DNA of 64,000 bases from a virus (Duplodnaviria > Heunggongvirae > Uroviricota > Caudoviricetes), in the IMG/VR virus record IMGVR_UViG_3300028584_001242. One strand, 5' to 3'. Below the pieces are notes generated by a model that saw only the letters and a list, made by a program, of their open reading frames with translations, made no database searches and was not told the origin of the DNA. Positions 47,178 through 56,214 of this stretch are shown here, piece by piece; the first letter of the stretch is position 1, and every line of letters begins with the position of its first letter. Position numbers and translations under genes: made by a program.

Positions 47178-47501
47178 TTACGCTGTTTCGAGATGAGCTT
47201 CAAGCTGCATTTTTTCGAGCAGTGGTGTGCTAGGTGTTGAGTAGTATTCTTGCCAAAACTTCATGTTCACAGTGCCTTTATCTTTAAAGACATGATTGTA
47301 AACTTTTTCAGTGACGTTAGAAGCTGTCGCCTCATCCAGCAGTTGACTGGTATGGCGGAAAATAAAGCCACCACGAACAAGGATAGTGCAGAAGAAGCGA
47401 ACAGCAACTTCTTGCTCACCATTTTTTCCATCAACCACGAACTTAGCTGAGTCGTAGTCAACAGTGATGACATCGGCAGTGACGATTGATTGAGGGAACA
47501 T
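47178..47501 (-). CDS. hypothetical protein, 107 aa
   Basis: AAGGAT RBS. Confidence 0.5.
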   Translation of the reverse strand: MFPQSIVTADVITVDYDSAKFVVDGKNGEQEVAVRFFCTILVRGGFIFRHTSQLLDEATASNVTEKVYNHVFKDKGTVNMKFWQEYYSTPSTPLLEKMQLEAHLETA

Positions 47502-47600
47502 AATTTATATCCTTGCTCTTGCTGATTGTGTAGATGTATTATAACAGAGTTTTATGAGTGTGGCTACCATTTTTACGTGAAAACCACACTAAAAAACAGT

Positions 47601-47834
47601 TTACACCTCGTAAATGTCGATATATTCACCGTAATGCTTTTCGAGCGTAGCAACAAGGTGCTCATAGTCGCTAGAAGTCATTTCTGCAGTGATAGCTTGA
47701 ATTTCTTCTGGCGTCTTTTTCAGTTGCTTACCAATGTTGGCAGCAATCCCCAGCAAGCAATGGGCATTACCCTGCTCACCGGCCAAATCAATCTGAATTT
47801 TTTTAGCTTTTTCACTACGAGAACGAATAGTCAT
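47601..47834 (-). CDS. hypothetical protein, 77 aa
   Basis: GAAGGT RBS. Confidence 0.45.
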   Translation of the reverse strand: MTIRSRSEKAKKIQIDLAGEQGNAHCLLGIAANIGKQLKKTPEEIQAITAEMTSSDYEHLVATLEKHYGEYIDIYEV

Positions 47835-47929
47835 AACAATTACCTTCTAGGTTTTGATGAGGCTATTCTAGCAAGAATATGCTTTTGGAGCAAGCAATAT
47901 CGTATTTTTTTTAATTAAGTGGAGAAATG

Positions 47930-48211
47930 TTACACAAGAGTTGTTAGAACTTTAAAGAAAAGAATAGGCAATATTAAAATCATATAAAAACACTGATAAA
48001 TACCTAACCCTAATGAAATAGCAGGATCTTTTTTCTTTAATTTCTCGTATAAAGTAACAAAGATTCTACCTTTCATAATTAATATCATCATGATAAGATT
48101 AACAGCAACCAAATAAAATGAAGCATAATAGTCATAATAAACGATACTTAATATAAAACTTCCTATTAAATAGAGTGTTAAAAATATAGAAAGAAACAAC
48201 GAAAGAAACAT
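47930..48211 (-). CDS. small membrane protein, 93 aa (AT-rich)
   Basis: GGAG RBS. Three hydrophobic segments. Confidence 0.45.
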   Translation of the reverse strand: MFLSLFLSIFLTLYLIGSFILSIVYYDYYASFYLVAVNLIMMILIMKGRIFVTLYEKLKKKDPAISLGLGIYQCFYMILILPILFFKVLTTLV

Positions 48212-48268
48212 AATACTCCAAAATGTTATTAAATATAGCTTAATTTAATTTGTTAAAAAGTCAATAAA

Positions 48269-48724
48269 TTAACGTTTTTCCTTAATGATAAATCCAAAAT
48301 GTTGGTTAATCCAAGAAACATCCAGTGTCCACTGATATTTTGATCGGTCATTAAACAAGTTGAAGGCTTTTTCAATGTAGCGTTCTGTTTGTCGCATAGG
48401 GACTTTATTGATAGCCGAAAAATGAGATTTAGCATGATTGTAACGACCAGTCACCATCGCCATGCCGATATGTTTAACTTGATGACAAGAAGGACAAAGG
48501 GCAATCGTTCTAACCAGACGCTGTACCTTATTGTTATCGTCATAAGCCCAAACCTCATGGCATTCAACCGGCCATTTGTCACCAACACCCTGACAGATTT
48601 CACAACGATTACCTGCAGCTTTAAACGTGCTGAGTTTGACTTCTTTCCATTGAGCGTCTGTAAGGTGGTCCCTCAAATTAGAAAACCAGCAAGATTTAGG
48701 TACAAGTTCGATAGTTAAAATCAT
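48269..48724 (-). CDS. HNH-like zinc-finger nuclease, 151 aa
   Basis: Motifs CEICQ...ECHEVWAYDDNN...LCPSCHQVKH (CxxC / H-N / CxxCH..H). No clear SD. Confidence 0.5.
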   Translation of the reverse strand: MILTIELVPKSCWFSNLRDHLTDAQWKEVKLSTFKAAGNRCEICQGVGDKWPVECHEVWAYDDNNKVQRLVRTIALCPSCHQVKHIGMAMVTGRYNHAKSHFSAINKVPMRQTERYIEKAFNLFNDRSKYQWTLDVSWINQHFGFIIKEKR

Positions 48725-48903
48725 TAGACAGCCACATGTTGATTTAAAAATATTTTAGCCCAAAAGGTTCAATAACGCAACTTCAGACAAAAAAATAAGA
48801 GATTTGGCGAAAATGCCTTATTCAAAATGGTTGAGAATTCAAGATCTCAATCATTTTGGTTGTTGTTTCAGACAACACTTTTTCAAATTTGTCAAGCTTT
48901 TTC

Positions 48904-49048
48904 TTACCACTGTGGTGTAAACTGACAACCATTACTAGACTTTGGTGGCGTGTACCATGAAGGCCATTTTGTTTTTGCGTCATACAAAATATTTGTTAAA
49001 TCGACATTATTAAAAAATGAATTAGTAAGGTCTGCTCCAATAATATTA
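48904..49048 (-). pseudogene. pentapeptide-repeat-like gene remnant (no start codon)
   Basis: Hand-translated C-terminal fragment GANIIGADLTNSFFNNVDLTNILYDAKTKWPSWYTPPK..., preceded in frame by a stop codon. It lies in a 370-nt gap. Confidence 0.25.
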
Positions 49049-49094
49049 GCACCTTGTTAAATTTGCATTAACAAAAAGTTAAGTGATTAACATT

Positions 49095-49406
49095 TTAAAA
49101 ACCTACCTGATCACCCATAGCCTCTTTTTTCTCGGCCATAATAATTTCAAATGTATCTTTTTGATCATCATTCAAGACTTCTTTAATTTCAGTCGTAAGA
49201 CCTTCATCGGTTGTTCTGATTTTTCTAACAATGGTGGTGTATTGTTCGGGAGTCAAGTTCAAACGAGACACATCAGAGTAAAATGAATCTTTAACCAATG
49301 TGGCTAATTGATCATTTCGTTCTTTAATAACATCAGTGGTATTAGCAATGACTGCAATAGATGTTAATGGGACTGCAAGTAAACATGCAAACATAATCTT
49401 TTTCAT
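49095..49406 (-). CDS. secreted protein with signal peptide, 103 aa
   Basis: N-terminus MKKIMFACLLAVPLTSIAVIA. AGGAGA RBS. Confidence 0.5.
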   Translation of the reverse strand: MKKIMFACLLAVPLTSIAVIANTTDVIKERNDQLATLVKDSFYSDVSRLNLTPEQYTTIVRKIRTTDEGLTTEIKEVLNDDQKDTFEIIMAEKKEAMGDQVGF

Positions 49407-49562
49407 TATCGTATTCTCCTAATATTTAGTTGTTAACAACACAATCTAGATTGCATTAGTTGCTTTAATTATAATGACATAAAGTATTAATAATTTACCA
49501 CAGTGATGTAAAAAGTCAATAAATAATGAGAATAGTTATCATTACACCACAAAAAATAGTAT

Positions 49563-49590
49563 AAAAAAACCACTCGAAAGTGGTCTTAGT
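49563..49590 (-). terminator. terminator ACCACU-UUCG-AGUGGU plus U7 (minus strand)
   Basis: It ends the unit formed by basic peptide 3 and the tRNA-like gene. Confidence 0.6.
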
Positions 49591-49597
49591 GTATAAA

Positions 49598-49670
49598 GGC
49601 TGTATGATGGGACTCGAACCCACGACTACCGTTTTTCGACGGAGTTCTGCCGACTGAACTACAAACAGCC
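49598..49670 (-). tRNA. tRNA-like gene with a contracted 6-nt anticodon loop, CCA not encoded
   Basis: D-arm GTTC-AGTCGGCA-GAAC (A14, G18/G19), T-arm GTGGG-TTCGAGT-CCCAT, 6/7-bp acceptor. The anticodon arm folds only as CCGT-CGAAAA-ACGG. It lies immediately downstream of basic-peptide gene 3. Confidence 0.45.
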
Positions 49671-49686
49671 AAAACTGTAAAATTCT

Positions 49687-49818
49687 TTATTCGTTAATGT
49701 GACGATCACGACGCTTCTTTCGCCAGTTCTTGTCTTGCTCATGAGTTTTTGCTTTTTCTGTGTCACGTTTTTTACCACCACGGAAACGTTCTGTTGCGTC
49801 ACCAAATGAACCTTGCAT
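49687..49818 (-). CDS. small highly basic peptide, paralog 3 (43 aa, MQGSFGDATERFRGGKKRDTEKAKTHEQDKNWRKKRRDRHINE)
   Basis: In-frame internal ATG of listed ORF 49687..49869. A TGTATAAT -10 box lies about 30 nt upstream. Confidence 0.5.
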   Translation of the reverse strand: MQGSFGDATERFRGGKKRDTEKAKTHEQDKNWRKKRRDRHINE

Positions 49819-49928
49819 AATATAAATACCTTTGTTTATTAGACTTTTATTATACATCAAAAAGCACATTAAGTAAATAGCAAAAATGATATTTTTTAAA
49901 AACTTTTTAATGGTCTAAAAATATCCCA

Positions 49929-50219
49929 CTATTTCATGTATTTTTCAAGCTCATGGCACATTGCCACACCTTTATCAGTCAAGTCAATAGACGGTGTAAA
50001 TTCGGTACCATCTGGCATCGGATCTTCAATGGTTTCATAGCACAGATCTTTCTTGATCAGCTTATTGAAAATACTACGACCGGGAATGATGGTGTTCATG
50101 CAATCAACATACGATTTGGCCTCAATCTTGTCGATAGAGATGGACTGTTTTTGACGCAGAATGCACATTGCGTTGTATTCAGATTCGGTCAACAGTGGGA
50201 ATTCGTATACTTGGCTCAT
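49929..50219 (-). CDS. hypothetical protein, 96 aa
   Basis: AGGTGA RBS. Confidence 0.5.
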   Translation of the reverse strand: MSQVYEFPLLTESEYNAMCILRQKQSISIDKIEAKSYVDCMNTIIPGRSIFNKLIKKDLCYETIEDPMPDGTEFTPSIDLTDKGVAMCHELEKYMK

Positions 50220-50329
50220 AAGTCACCTATCGGGTTGATGGACTATTATACCAAAATTAATCATTAAAAACAACATTTTTAAGAAACAAAAAAGGCCACC
50301 GAAGTGACCTTTTTAGAAAATTGACTTAA

Positions 50330-50782
50330 TTACATGAATTTTACTCGAAGTGCAGCTTCAAAAGCAGCAGTTGCAGCTTTAATAGCAGCATCATTACCCT
50401 TCATTTGATGATTAACCCGTGAAGTGCTCAGTTCAGTTTCGCGGGGATAGTCATCATCCAGAAAAGTATCTGCAGCATACTGAGCCAGTTTGTTGAGTTC
50501 AGTGGATTCAAGAGCCACTTTATCAAAAATGATTACATGGTCAATTTCCATGATGAATTCAATCAGGTTTTGCAAATGTTCTTTGCAAGGGTCAGAGATA
50601 TAGGCTTCCGATACTTCTTCAAGATCAGCCTTAATTAAGTCTTCACCCGTATCTGGCAGCAAAGAAGTCAAGCGTTCAATAAAGCCTTCGGGGCTTTCTT
50701 CCAATGCTCGTTTCAGTTTGTTGACGTTTACAATGCAAGCATAGACGTTGGTAGCAGTAATCAGATTTTGATGTTCTTTCAT
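50330..50782 (-). CDS. acidic hypothetical protein, 150 aa
   Basis: AAGAGG RBS. Confidence 0.5.
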   Translation of the reverse strand: MKEHQNLITATNVYACIVNVNKLKRALEESPEGFIERLTSLLPDTGEDLIKADLEEVSEAYISDPCKEHLQNLIEFIMEIDHVIIFDKVALESTELNKLAQYAADTFLDDDYPRETELSTSRVNHQMKGNDAAIKAATAAFEAALRVKFM

Positions 50783-50906
50783 GGGTAAAGCCTCTTTAAA
50801 TTATGAAATAAGTATAACACAAAATGTTTTCAAACAAAAAGGATTTAATTCATCTGACTAAAAAAACCTCCGAAGAGGTTTCTAAATATAGCCTATTACT
50901 GTGCTT

Positions 50907-51494
50907 CTACTTCACAAAAAAGAACTCTTCATAGATTTTGTATTCGGCAATTGACTCTTTAATATCTTCAAGTCCACGGTGTTTTTCTTGCTTCTTAACC
51001 ATCATGCCCACTTCTGGTTTCACCCGCCATACGATTTCCTTGATGGTGCTTACGTCAATAATACGGTAATGCAAGATGCTGGCAAAGGTTGGCATTTGGG
51101 CCATGATAAAGTTGCGATCCAGCGAAACACTGTTACCACAAATAGGGCTAGAGCCGGGAGCAATGTTGAATTGAGCGATATACGCCAAAATCATTTTTTC
51201 TGCTTCGGTCAACGAAAAAGGCGAAGCCTCAACACGATCCCACAACCCACTGGTGATGTGCATGTTACGAACGTAATCATTAGCCAGTGCTTTGGCTTCT
51301 TCAACGTCATGATGAATAACCACTTCAAAGCCTTCATCAATGATATTGAATTTCGAATCGGTAATGTGAATACCGATTTCAAGGATTTTGTGATACTGAG
51401 CACCCGACAACTTGTCAGCAATATCCAAGCCAGTTGTTTCAAGATCCACCCAAATAAGGAGATCTTTCCGTAGTTCAATAGCCGTCATAGTCAT
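50907..51494 (-). CDS. orn: oligoribonuclease (DEDDh 3'-5' exoribonuclease)
   Basis: Motifs LIWVDLETTGLD, PICGNSVSLDRNF, HYRIIDVSTIKE and H.GLEDIKESI are colinear with E. coli Orn as recalled from memory. AGGAGTGA RBS. Confidence 0.85.
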   Translation of the reverse strand: MTMTAIELRKDLLIWVDLETTGLDIADKLSGAQYHKILEIGIHITDSKFNIIDEGFEVVIHHDVEEAKALANDYVRNMHITSGLWDRVEASPFSLTEAEKMILAYIAQFNIAPGSSPICGNSVSLDRNFIMAQMPTFASILHYRIIDVSTIKEIVWRVKPEVGMMVKKQEKHRGLEDIKESIAEYKIYEEFFFVK

Positions 51495-51550
51495 TACCTG
51501 TCACTCCTAATTAGATTTAAGAAACCCCAATCAAGGGGTTTTTTCCGTTA

Positions 51551-52312
51551 TCACTTTACCAAACTGAGGTTGCACAATGGTTTGATATGACTGATGAACT
51601 CTGCAATACCGTTTTCAGTGCCTGCATTGAATTCAAACACAAAGTCATTCAAGCCAGCTTCTTTAGCAGCGTCAAAGTATTCATACATTTGTGGCACGTT
51701 GGTGCCAGTGGTGTATACATGAACAATCGAACCGCCATTTTCTTTGAATTCAGTAAACACCTTGATCAAATCGTCTTTACTGAACTTGTGAAGGTTCAAG
51801 ATATAAGAGTAATTCGGATCTCGTTCACCCAAATATTGGCGTGTGCGTTCTTCCAGTTCTGGATCATTTTCCAGATTGATATATTGAGTGTTTTCGTTGA
51901 CAGTATAAGTCAACTGAAAGCCTGTTTCAAAGGTTTCTTCGGACAGAATGGAAATATCTTCTGTCATGTAGCAATAGCCGCCCAATGGGTTGACCAGAAG
52001 CTTTTTGCCTTGGGAAATATTATTAGCCATGTTCAAAAACTTTTGCTGAATGATTCCATCCATTTCAATCAATGGGCTTTTGCCGTGAGCTTGGCAATAG
52101 ATGATGGAAGCTGCCAAGATACTACCTTCTGGTGTGCGAGTAATCATGTGATCCCAACGCTCAGGGCTGACCTTGCTTCTCAACAGGCGAGTGATTTGTT
52201 CAACCACACGGCCCGAAGTGAACTCCATGTATTCAGTCAACTCATTGAATGATTCCAAAAGCAGCCAAGTGCCTTCAATGTATCTGCCCTGAATGGTTAC
52301 GTTACGAAGCAT
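51551..52312 (-). CDS. hypothetical protein, 253 aa
   Basis: AGGAGA RBS. Confidence 0.55.
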   Translation of the reverse strand: MLRNVTIQGRYIEGTWLLLESFNELTEYMEFTSGRVVEQITRLLRSKVSPERWDHMITRTPEGSILAASIIYCQAHGKSPLIEMDGIIQQKFLNMANNISQGKKLLVNPLGGYCYMTEDISILSEETFETGFQLTYTVNENTQYINLENDPELEERTRQYLGERDPNYSYILNLHKFSKDDLIKVFTEFKENGGSIVHVYTTGTNVPQMYEYFDAAKEAGLNDFVFEFNAGTENGIAEFISHIKPLCNLSLVK

Positions 52313-52341
52313 GATAAGTCTCCTAATAAAATGATTACTGA

Positions 52342-52644
52342 TTAGCTCGGGTTATGATTACTCAACCAGTTGTTGATGTTGACGATGGCTGACTCGACGC
52401 TATCGAATTCTTTAACAATGTCACTGTTACCATTGCTACCGATAACCAAAACATGGTTCTGCTGAATGGGCTTATTATACCCGATAGTGGAGAACGAAAT
52501 CAAGTGTCCACGGTAAATGAAGCTAGCGTTAGCTTCAACAAAACCGGCGTTGTCACAAATGCTGTAGTGTTGACTGTTTTGAAAAGCGTCTTCTGATGTG
52601 CGGGGCATTTTGCTGTATCCTGTGTTTTTTAGTCGGTTAATCAT
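52342..52644 (-). CDS. hypothetical protein, 100 aa (start uncertain; alternative MPRTSED at 52608)
   Basis: No SD at the first ATG. A CAGGAT RBS precedes the internal ATG. Confidence 0.4.
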   Translation of the reverse strand: MINRLKNTGYSKMPRTSEDAFQNSQHYSICDNAGFVEANASFIYRGHLISFSTIGYNKPIQQNHVLVIGSNGNSDIVKEFDSVESAIVNINNWLSNHNPS

Positions 52645-52787
52645 ATCAAAAAACAGATTTTATGTAAAGTTATTTTTTTATTTTTTCCTCAATATTAAAG
52701 AAAATAAATAAATATATATACTATAATACTTGAAATGTTTCGTTAAAAATATTAAGATATGTATAAATAATAAAATAAAAGACTAAT

Positions 52788-53816
52788 ATGAATATAACAA
52801 ACAAGAAGGTAAAAATATTATCAATGGCTTCACTTGCTCTTTTCTGTGGATTATCCTATGCAAAATACGAAGTGATAATGGGTACAGTAGAAGTAAAATT
52901 CAAACAAGTTGAGTGGTTGGAAATTGATCCTAAATCATTAGGTTTAGTTGATTTGCCAAAAGACGATCCATTATATAGATATGGCTGTACAAACTGGGCA
53001 CCATTGCCAGCAGATGAGTTGATCAACACTACGTACACTCAGACAGCAACAAACTGTAAGGGTATGCAATATGAAAGTTATATTAAACAAGAGAAGAATG
53101 CTGTAACAGGTGAAGTTCGTGATAAAGGTGTTGCTTATAATGATGAAGCTTCTGGTAAAGAGATGAGTAATTTGACCAATACACAAGAAGCTGTGGGAAC
53201 ATCTACAAGTTATCTAATGATTGTTAATCCAGTCGCTGGACAAAGTGGTATTTATGATATTACTGATGGTTTAGGTAACAAAGCTAAGGCTTATGTTGAT
53301 ATGAACACTGCAGGAGGTAACTGGATATTGGTAGGTCGTTGGACACAATTACCAGCCGGTTCGGCTAAACGTAACTTCCAAGATGTGGCAATGAAAACGG
53401 GTAAAATACTCAGTTATTCAAACGACACAACAACTTATCCAGTAATACCAAGTGGTTCTGTGAATATAAGTTCTGCGATGATGGTTAAGAGTTCTAACGC
53501 AACATGGACTAGTATGTTTGGAGCATGGCAAACATTCAGCACCTTTAACAAAGGTCAAAACATTGGGGGTGGGTTCACAGTCAATACCCCTATTGGGTCT
53601 AAAAAAATCTATCCAGAAGCCGCTGGTTGGCCGGGACAAAGAGCAACAGACATGACGGATACGTTTGGATTATGGCCTGTATACGGTGCTGGTGGGCCTT
53701 GTGGTGGTGCTGGTATAGCTGGCTCAAATAGAATTTGCCCAAGCTTCTCTTATGCAACCGCTCCACACTTCGATGTGAGCAGTTTGAAAGAAATTTATGT
53801 GAAGTCAAAAAACTAA
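52788..53816 (+). CDS. secreted protein, 342 aa, signal peptide, Gly-rich C-terminus
   Basis: N-terminus MNITNKKVKILSMASLALFCGLSYA. Plus-strand gene after a very AT-rich 140-nt spacer. The motif AGGNWILVGRW faintly recalls fibrinogen-related domains, but this is unsupported. Confidence 0.55.
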   Translation: MNITNKKVKILSMASLALFCGLSYAKYEVIMGTVEVKFKQVEWLEIDPKSLGLVDLPKDDPLYRYGCTNWAPLPADELINTTYTQTATNCKGMQYESYIKQEKNAVTGEVRDKGVAYNDEASGKEMSNLTNTQEAVGTSTSYLMIVNPVAGQSGIYDITDGLGNKAKAYVDMNTAGGNWILVGRWTQLPAGSAKRNFQDVAMKTGKILSYSNDTTTYPVIPSGSVNISSAMMVKSSNATWTSMFGAWQTFSTFNKGQNIGGGFTVNTPIGSKKIYPEAAGWPGQRATDMTDTFGLWPVYGAGGPCGGAGIAGSNRICPSFSYATAPHFDVSSLKEIYVKSKN

Positions 53817-53828
53817 AAGATTAAAACA

Positions 53829-53858
53829 ACAAAACCAGCATAAGCTGGTTTTTTTACA
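53829..53858 (+). terminator. terminator ACCAGC-ataa-GCTGGT plus T7
   Basis: Hairpin with T-run. Confidence 0.6.
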
Positions 53859-53867
53859 ACTGGACTA

Positions 53868-54182
53868 TCATTCGCCATCTGTAAACATAAACTCATATTT
53901 AGGATTGATTTTGCTCAATTTAAAACGAGCCTCATTGCGTTTACTGCAAACCCGAGGCATCATTTCTTTGCCTTTGTTTCGGAGTTTGTGACTAAAATTC
54001 AGCCAACGATCTTTCTTTTCAGCCGCTGCAGTAATCATGGCAAGTTCATTAAGAAACGACTCCATTTCTTCGGCGGTAATGCTACCAGAACGATCAATAT
54101 CAATTAAGACACCGGGTTTTGACAACAATGAAGACAATGCCGACTTGTCTTCTAATTCTAAAATTTCGGTCAACTGAGTCAT
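53868..54182 (-). CDS. EF-hand-motif protein, about 104 aa
   Basis: Start MTQLTEIL after a GGAGTG RBS. Canonical 12-residue Ca-binding loop DIDRSGSITAEE. Confidence 0.5.
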   Translation of the reverse strand: MTQLTEILELEDKSALSSLLSKPGVLIDIDRSGSITAEEMESFLNELAMITAAAEKKDRWLNFSHKLRNKGKEMMPRVCSKRNEARFKLSKINPKYEFMFTDGE

Positions 54183-54230
54183 GTTTGAACACTCCACTTT
54201 TTTGAATGTAATGTAGTATAACACAAGCAC

Positions 54231-54480
54231 TGTTTAAGAACAATGATTGTTAAAAATTTTACCCATCGACCTGATTCCGCAGGTGCGTTTAACTGGCGGG
54301 ACGCCAGAGCCATTTGTCTCAACAGAGTTACACAAGGCGTATTGTCCTTGTGACATATCATTGGGATTCGATACCCAACTCCCAACTCCCTTCACAGTAG
54401 TCCTCGGCCAACGAGGTGGAATTTCGCCACCACTTCGAAAAATTACTTCTCAATAAGTTTTCGAAGAAGTGTTGAAATAC
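54231..54480 (-). ncRNA. candidate structured RNA N2 / roughly 300-nt 5' leader of the EF-hand gene (GC-rich island)
   Basis: Starts about 7 nt downstream of the consensus promoter. No credible ORF. Contains hairpin GGUGGCGAAAUUCCACC, tandem GGGAGUUGGGAGUUGGG and AUCGAAUCC. Confidence 0.35.
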
Positions 54481-54486
54481 ATGATG

Positions 54487-54515
54487 AGTATAGCTTAAAA
54501 ATAGACGTATGCAAA
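54487..54515 (-). promoter_or_regulatory. sigma70 promoter TTTGCA-N17-TATACT
   Basis: The -35 box is at plus 54510-54515 and the -10 box at plus 54487-54492. Confidence 0.5.
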
Positions 54516-54549
54516 CAAAAATATGCCCACATACGTCATGAATGAAAGC

Positions 54550-54858
54550 CTAAACGACCAGCAAAGGCTCCTGATCAACACGTTCAAGCATTAATTCATC
54601 ACGGGCACACATTTCAACAATACGGCCATTCTTAAATTTAATAGCAATAGGTTGATCACTGTCAAGACAACCTTGAAGTGATTGTGAAGTTGACAAAAAA
54701 GCCGTCATACCTTCACTGTATTTGATGAAAGCCTCATTGTCGCCATCATCTTCTTTGTTGAAACAAAGGTAGGCTTCTTCAACGATATCACCAAAAACAG
54801 ATTTTGCACGCTGAGTGAGTTCTTCATTTACAAACAAGTGACGAATAATTGCAGCCAT
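54550..54858 (-). CDS. hypothetical protein, about 102 aa
   Basis: Start MAAIIRHLF after an AAGAGGA RBS. A TTGTGG-N17-TATAAT promoter lies about 40 nt upstream. Confidence 0.5.
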   Translation of the reverse strand: MAAIIRHLFVNEELTQRAKSVFGDIVEEAYLCFNKEDDGDNEAFIKYSEGMTAFLSTSQSLQGCLDSDQPIAIKFKNGRIVEMCARDELMLERVDQEPLLVV

Positions 54859-54946
54859 TTCTGTAATCCTCTTGATTTGAGCCATGATTATACCATCAAT
54901 GAAAACCAACCACAATTAAAAACTGTGATTAGTTATTCCATTTCTG

Positions 54947-56188
54947 TCAAACAGCCATCATTTTAAAAACTTCAATCTGTCGAGCGGTTAGCTCATCAGG
55001 GGTAGTAGCAATCGTCTCTGTAATAACTGTTCTGATTTCATTTAAAACAGTATTGTAAACGAAATCAATATTGTTAGTAAAGTATTGAACCAACTTAGTG
55101 TCAACATCGTTTTTATTACCAATATAACTTTTAAATTGATATTGGTAACCATTTTCGCTTTCGCCATCAACACACTGTTCATAGAGAGAGTCAATATTAT
55201 CGTTTGGCTTTAATTGATTACCAAGAGTAAGTAGCAACGATCCACCAAATAACGCAAAATGACAATATTCTGAATTAATTCCAGATGAAGGAGCTAACTC
55301 ATGTTTTCCATAATTTTTGAAGCTGATTGAAACGTCATGTGTCGTTGAACGTAAATCAGCATAAAAAGACATAAGGTTAATAAACTGCTTAAATTTCGTT
55401 TCAGAATCTTTATCTTTCGAAAGCTGCTTGATGATTTTAGGCAAAAGTGCTGTCATGTGATGAGGTATTTTCACATGTTTATGCGGCTCTTTAACCTCTT
55501 TGTTGTGTTCCAAAAGATCATCAACGTGAATAACTAATTCAGCACATGCTTTTGCAATTAAATCGTCTTTATGAATATAGTTAAAATCAAATTTTTCAAA
55601 ATGTTCAACAAGCAAATCCTGAGTTGATTTATTCATGAACGTAATAACTTCTTCTGAATGTTCAGTGTATCCATCAAAACCAAGAATATTTAATACCTTT
55701 GGGTTTACAAGAGACAGTGCTTCATTAAGTTTTTGTTCAAAGTCATCACTCAATGAATAGTCAACACTCACAGTATTCCCGTATAGCCAAGAAACCCGAA
55801 TCTCAGTGGCTGTTAATTTAATTCGAAGAGATGGTAGACAATCACCAAAAATAGTAAAGTCAATATTTTGTTCTTTTTCATAGTTAACTTTTAAACATTT
55901 TTGCTTACGATCATCAGGAATAGCATAAACGCCATAGAGAAATGATCGAATATTCTCTATTTTCATCATGGTTTCAGCAGTTAAATCAAAATGTTTTTCA
56001 AATAAGTTAACATCATCATGTGAAACAAGATATATAAAAGAGTTCTTCAGCGTAGCAAATAAACATTGGTTTTCATCTTCCAAAGAAAGTCCGCTGTGTG
56101 TGTTTGGCGATAGGATCGTCATATTTTTAGAGTCGGCAAACGCCAAAATAGATTTCTGAAGCTCATAAAAACGGTCAGTTAAATTCAA
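54947..56188 (-). CDS. hypothetical protein, 413 aa, TTG start, very AT-rich; tandem paralog of 56215..57441
   Basis: GAGGAA RBS 5 nt before TTG. Shared C-terminal block NIDFVYNTVLNEIRTVI...FKMMAV. Confidence 0.55.
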   Translation of the reverse strand: MNLTDRFYELQKSILAFADSKNMTILSPNTHSGLSLEDENQCLFATLKNSFIYLVSHDDVNLFEKHFDLTAETMMKIENIRSFLYGVYAIPDDRKQKCLKVNYEKEQNIDFTIFGDCLPSLRIKLTATEIRVSWLYGNTVSVDYSLSDDFEQKLNEALSLVNPKVLNILGFDGYTEHSEEVITFMNKSTQDLLVEHFEKFDFNYIHKDDLIAKACAELVIHVDDLLEHNKEVKEPHKHVKIPHHMTALLPKIIKQLSKDKDSETKFKQFINLMSFYADLRSTTHDVSISFKNYGKHELAPSSGINSEYCHFALFGGSLLLTLGNQLKPNDNIDSLYEQCVDGESENGYQYQFKSYIGNKNDVDTKLVQYFTNNIDFVYNTVLNEIRTVITETIATTPDELTARQIEVFKMMAV

Positions 56189-56214
56189 AATAAATTCCTC
56201 GTTATGGTATGTGT

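Noticed and set aside
54360-54410. Possible tRNA (T-arm-like GGGATTCGATACCC / UUGGGUAUCGAAUCCCAA)
   Set aside because: No acceptor, D or anticodon arms can be built around it, and the loop would be 8 nt. It is treated as part of candidate leader RNA N2 instead.
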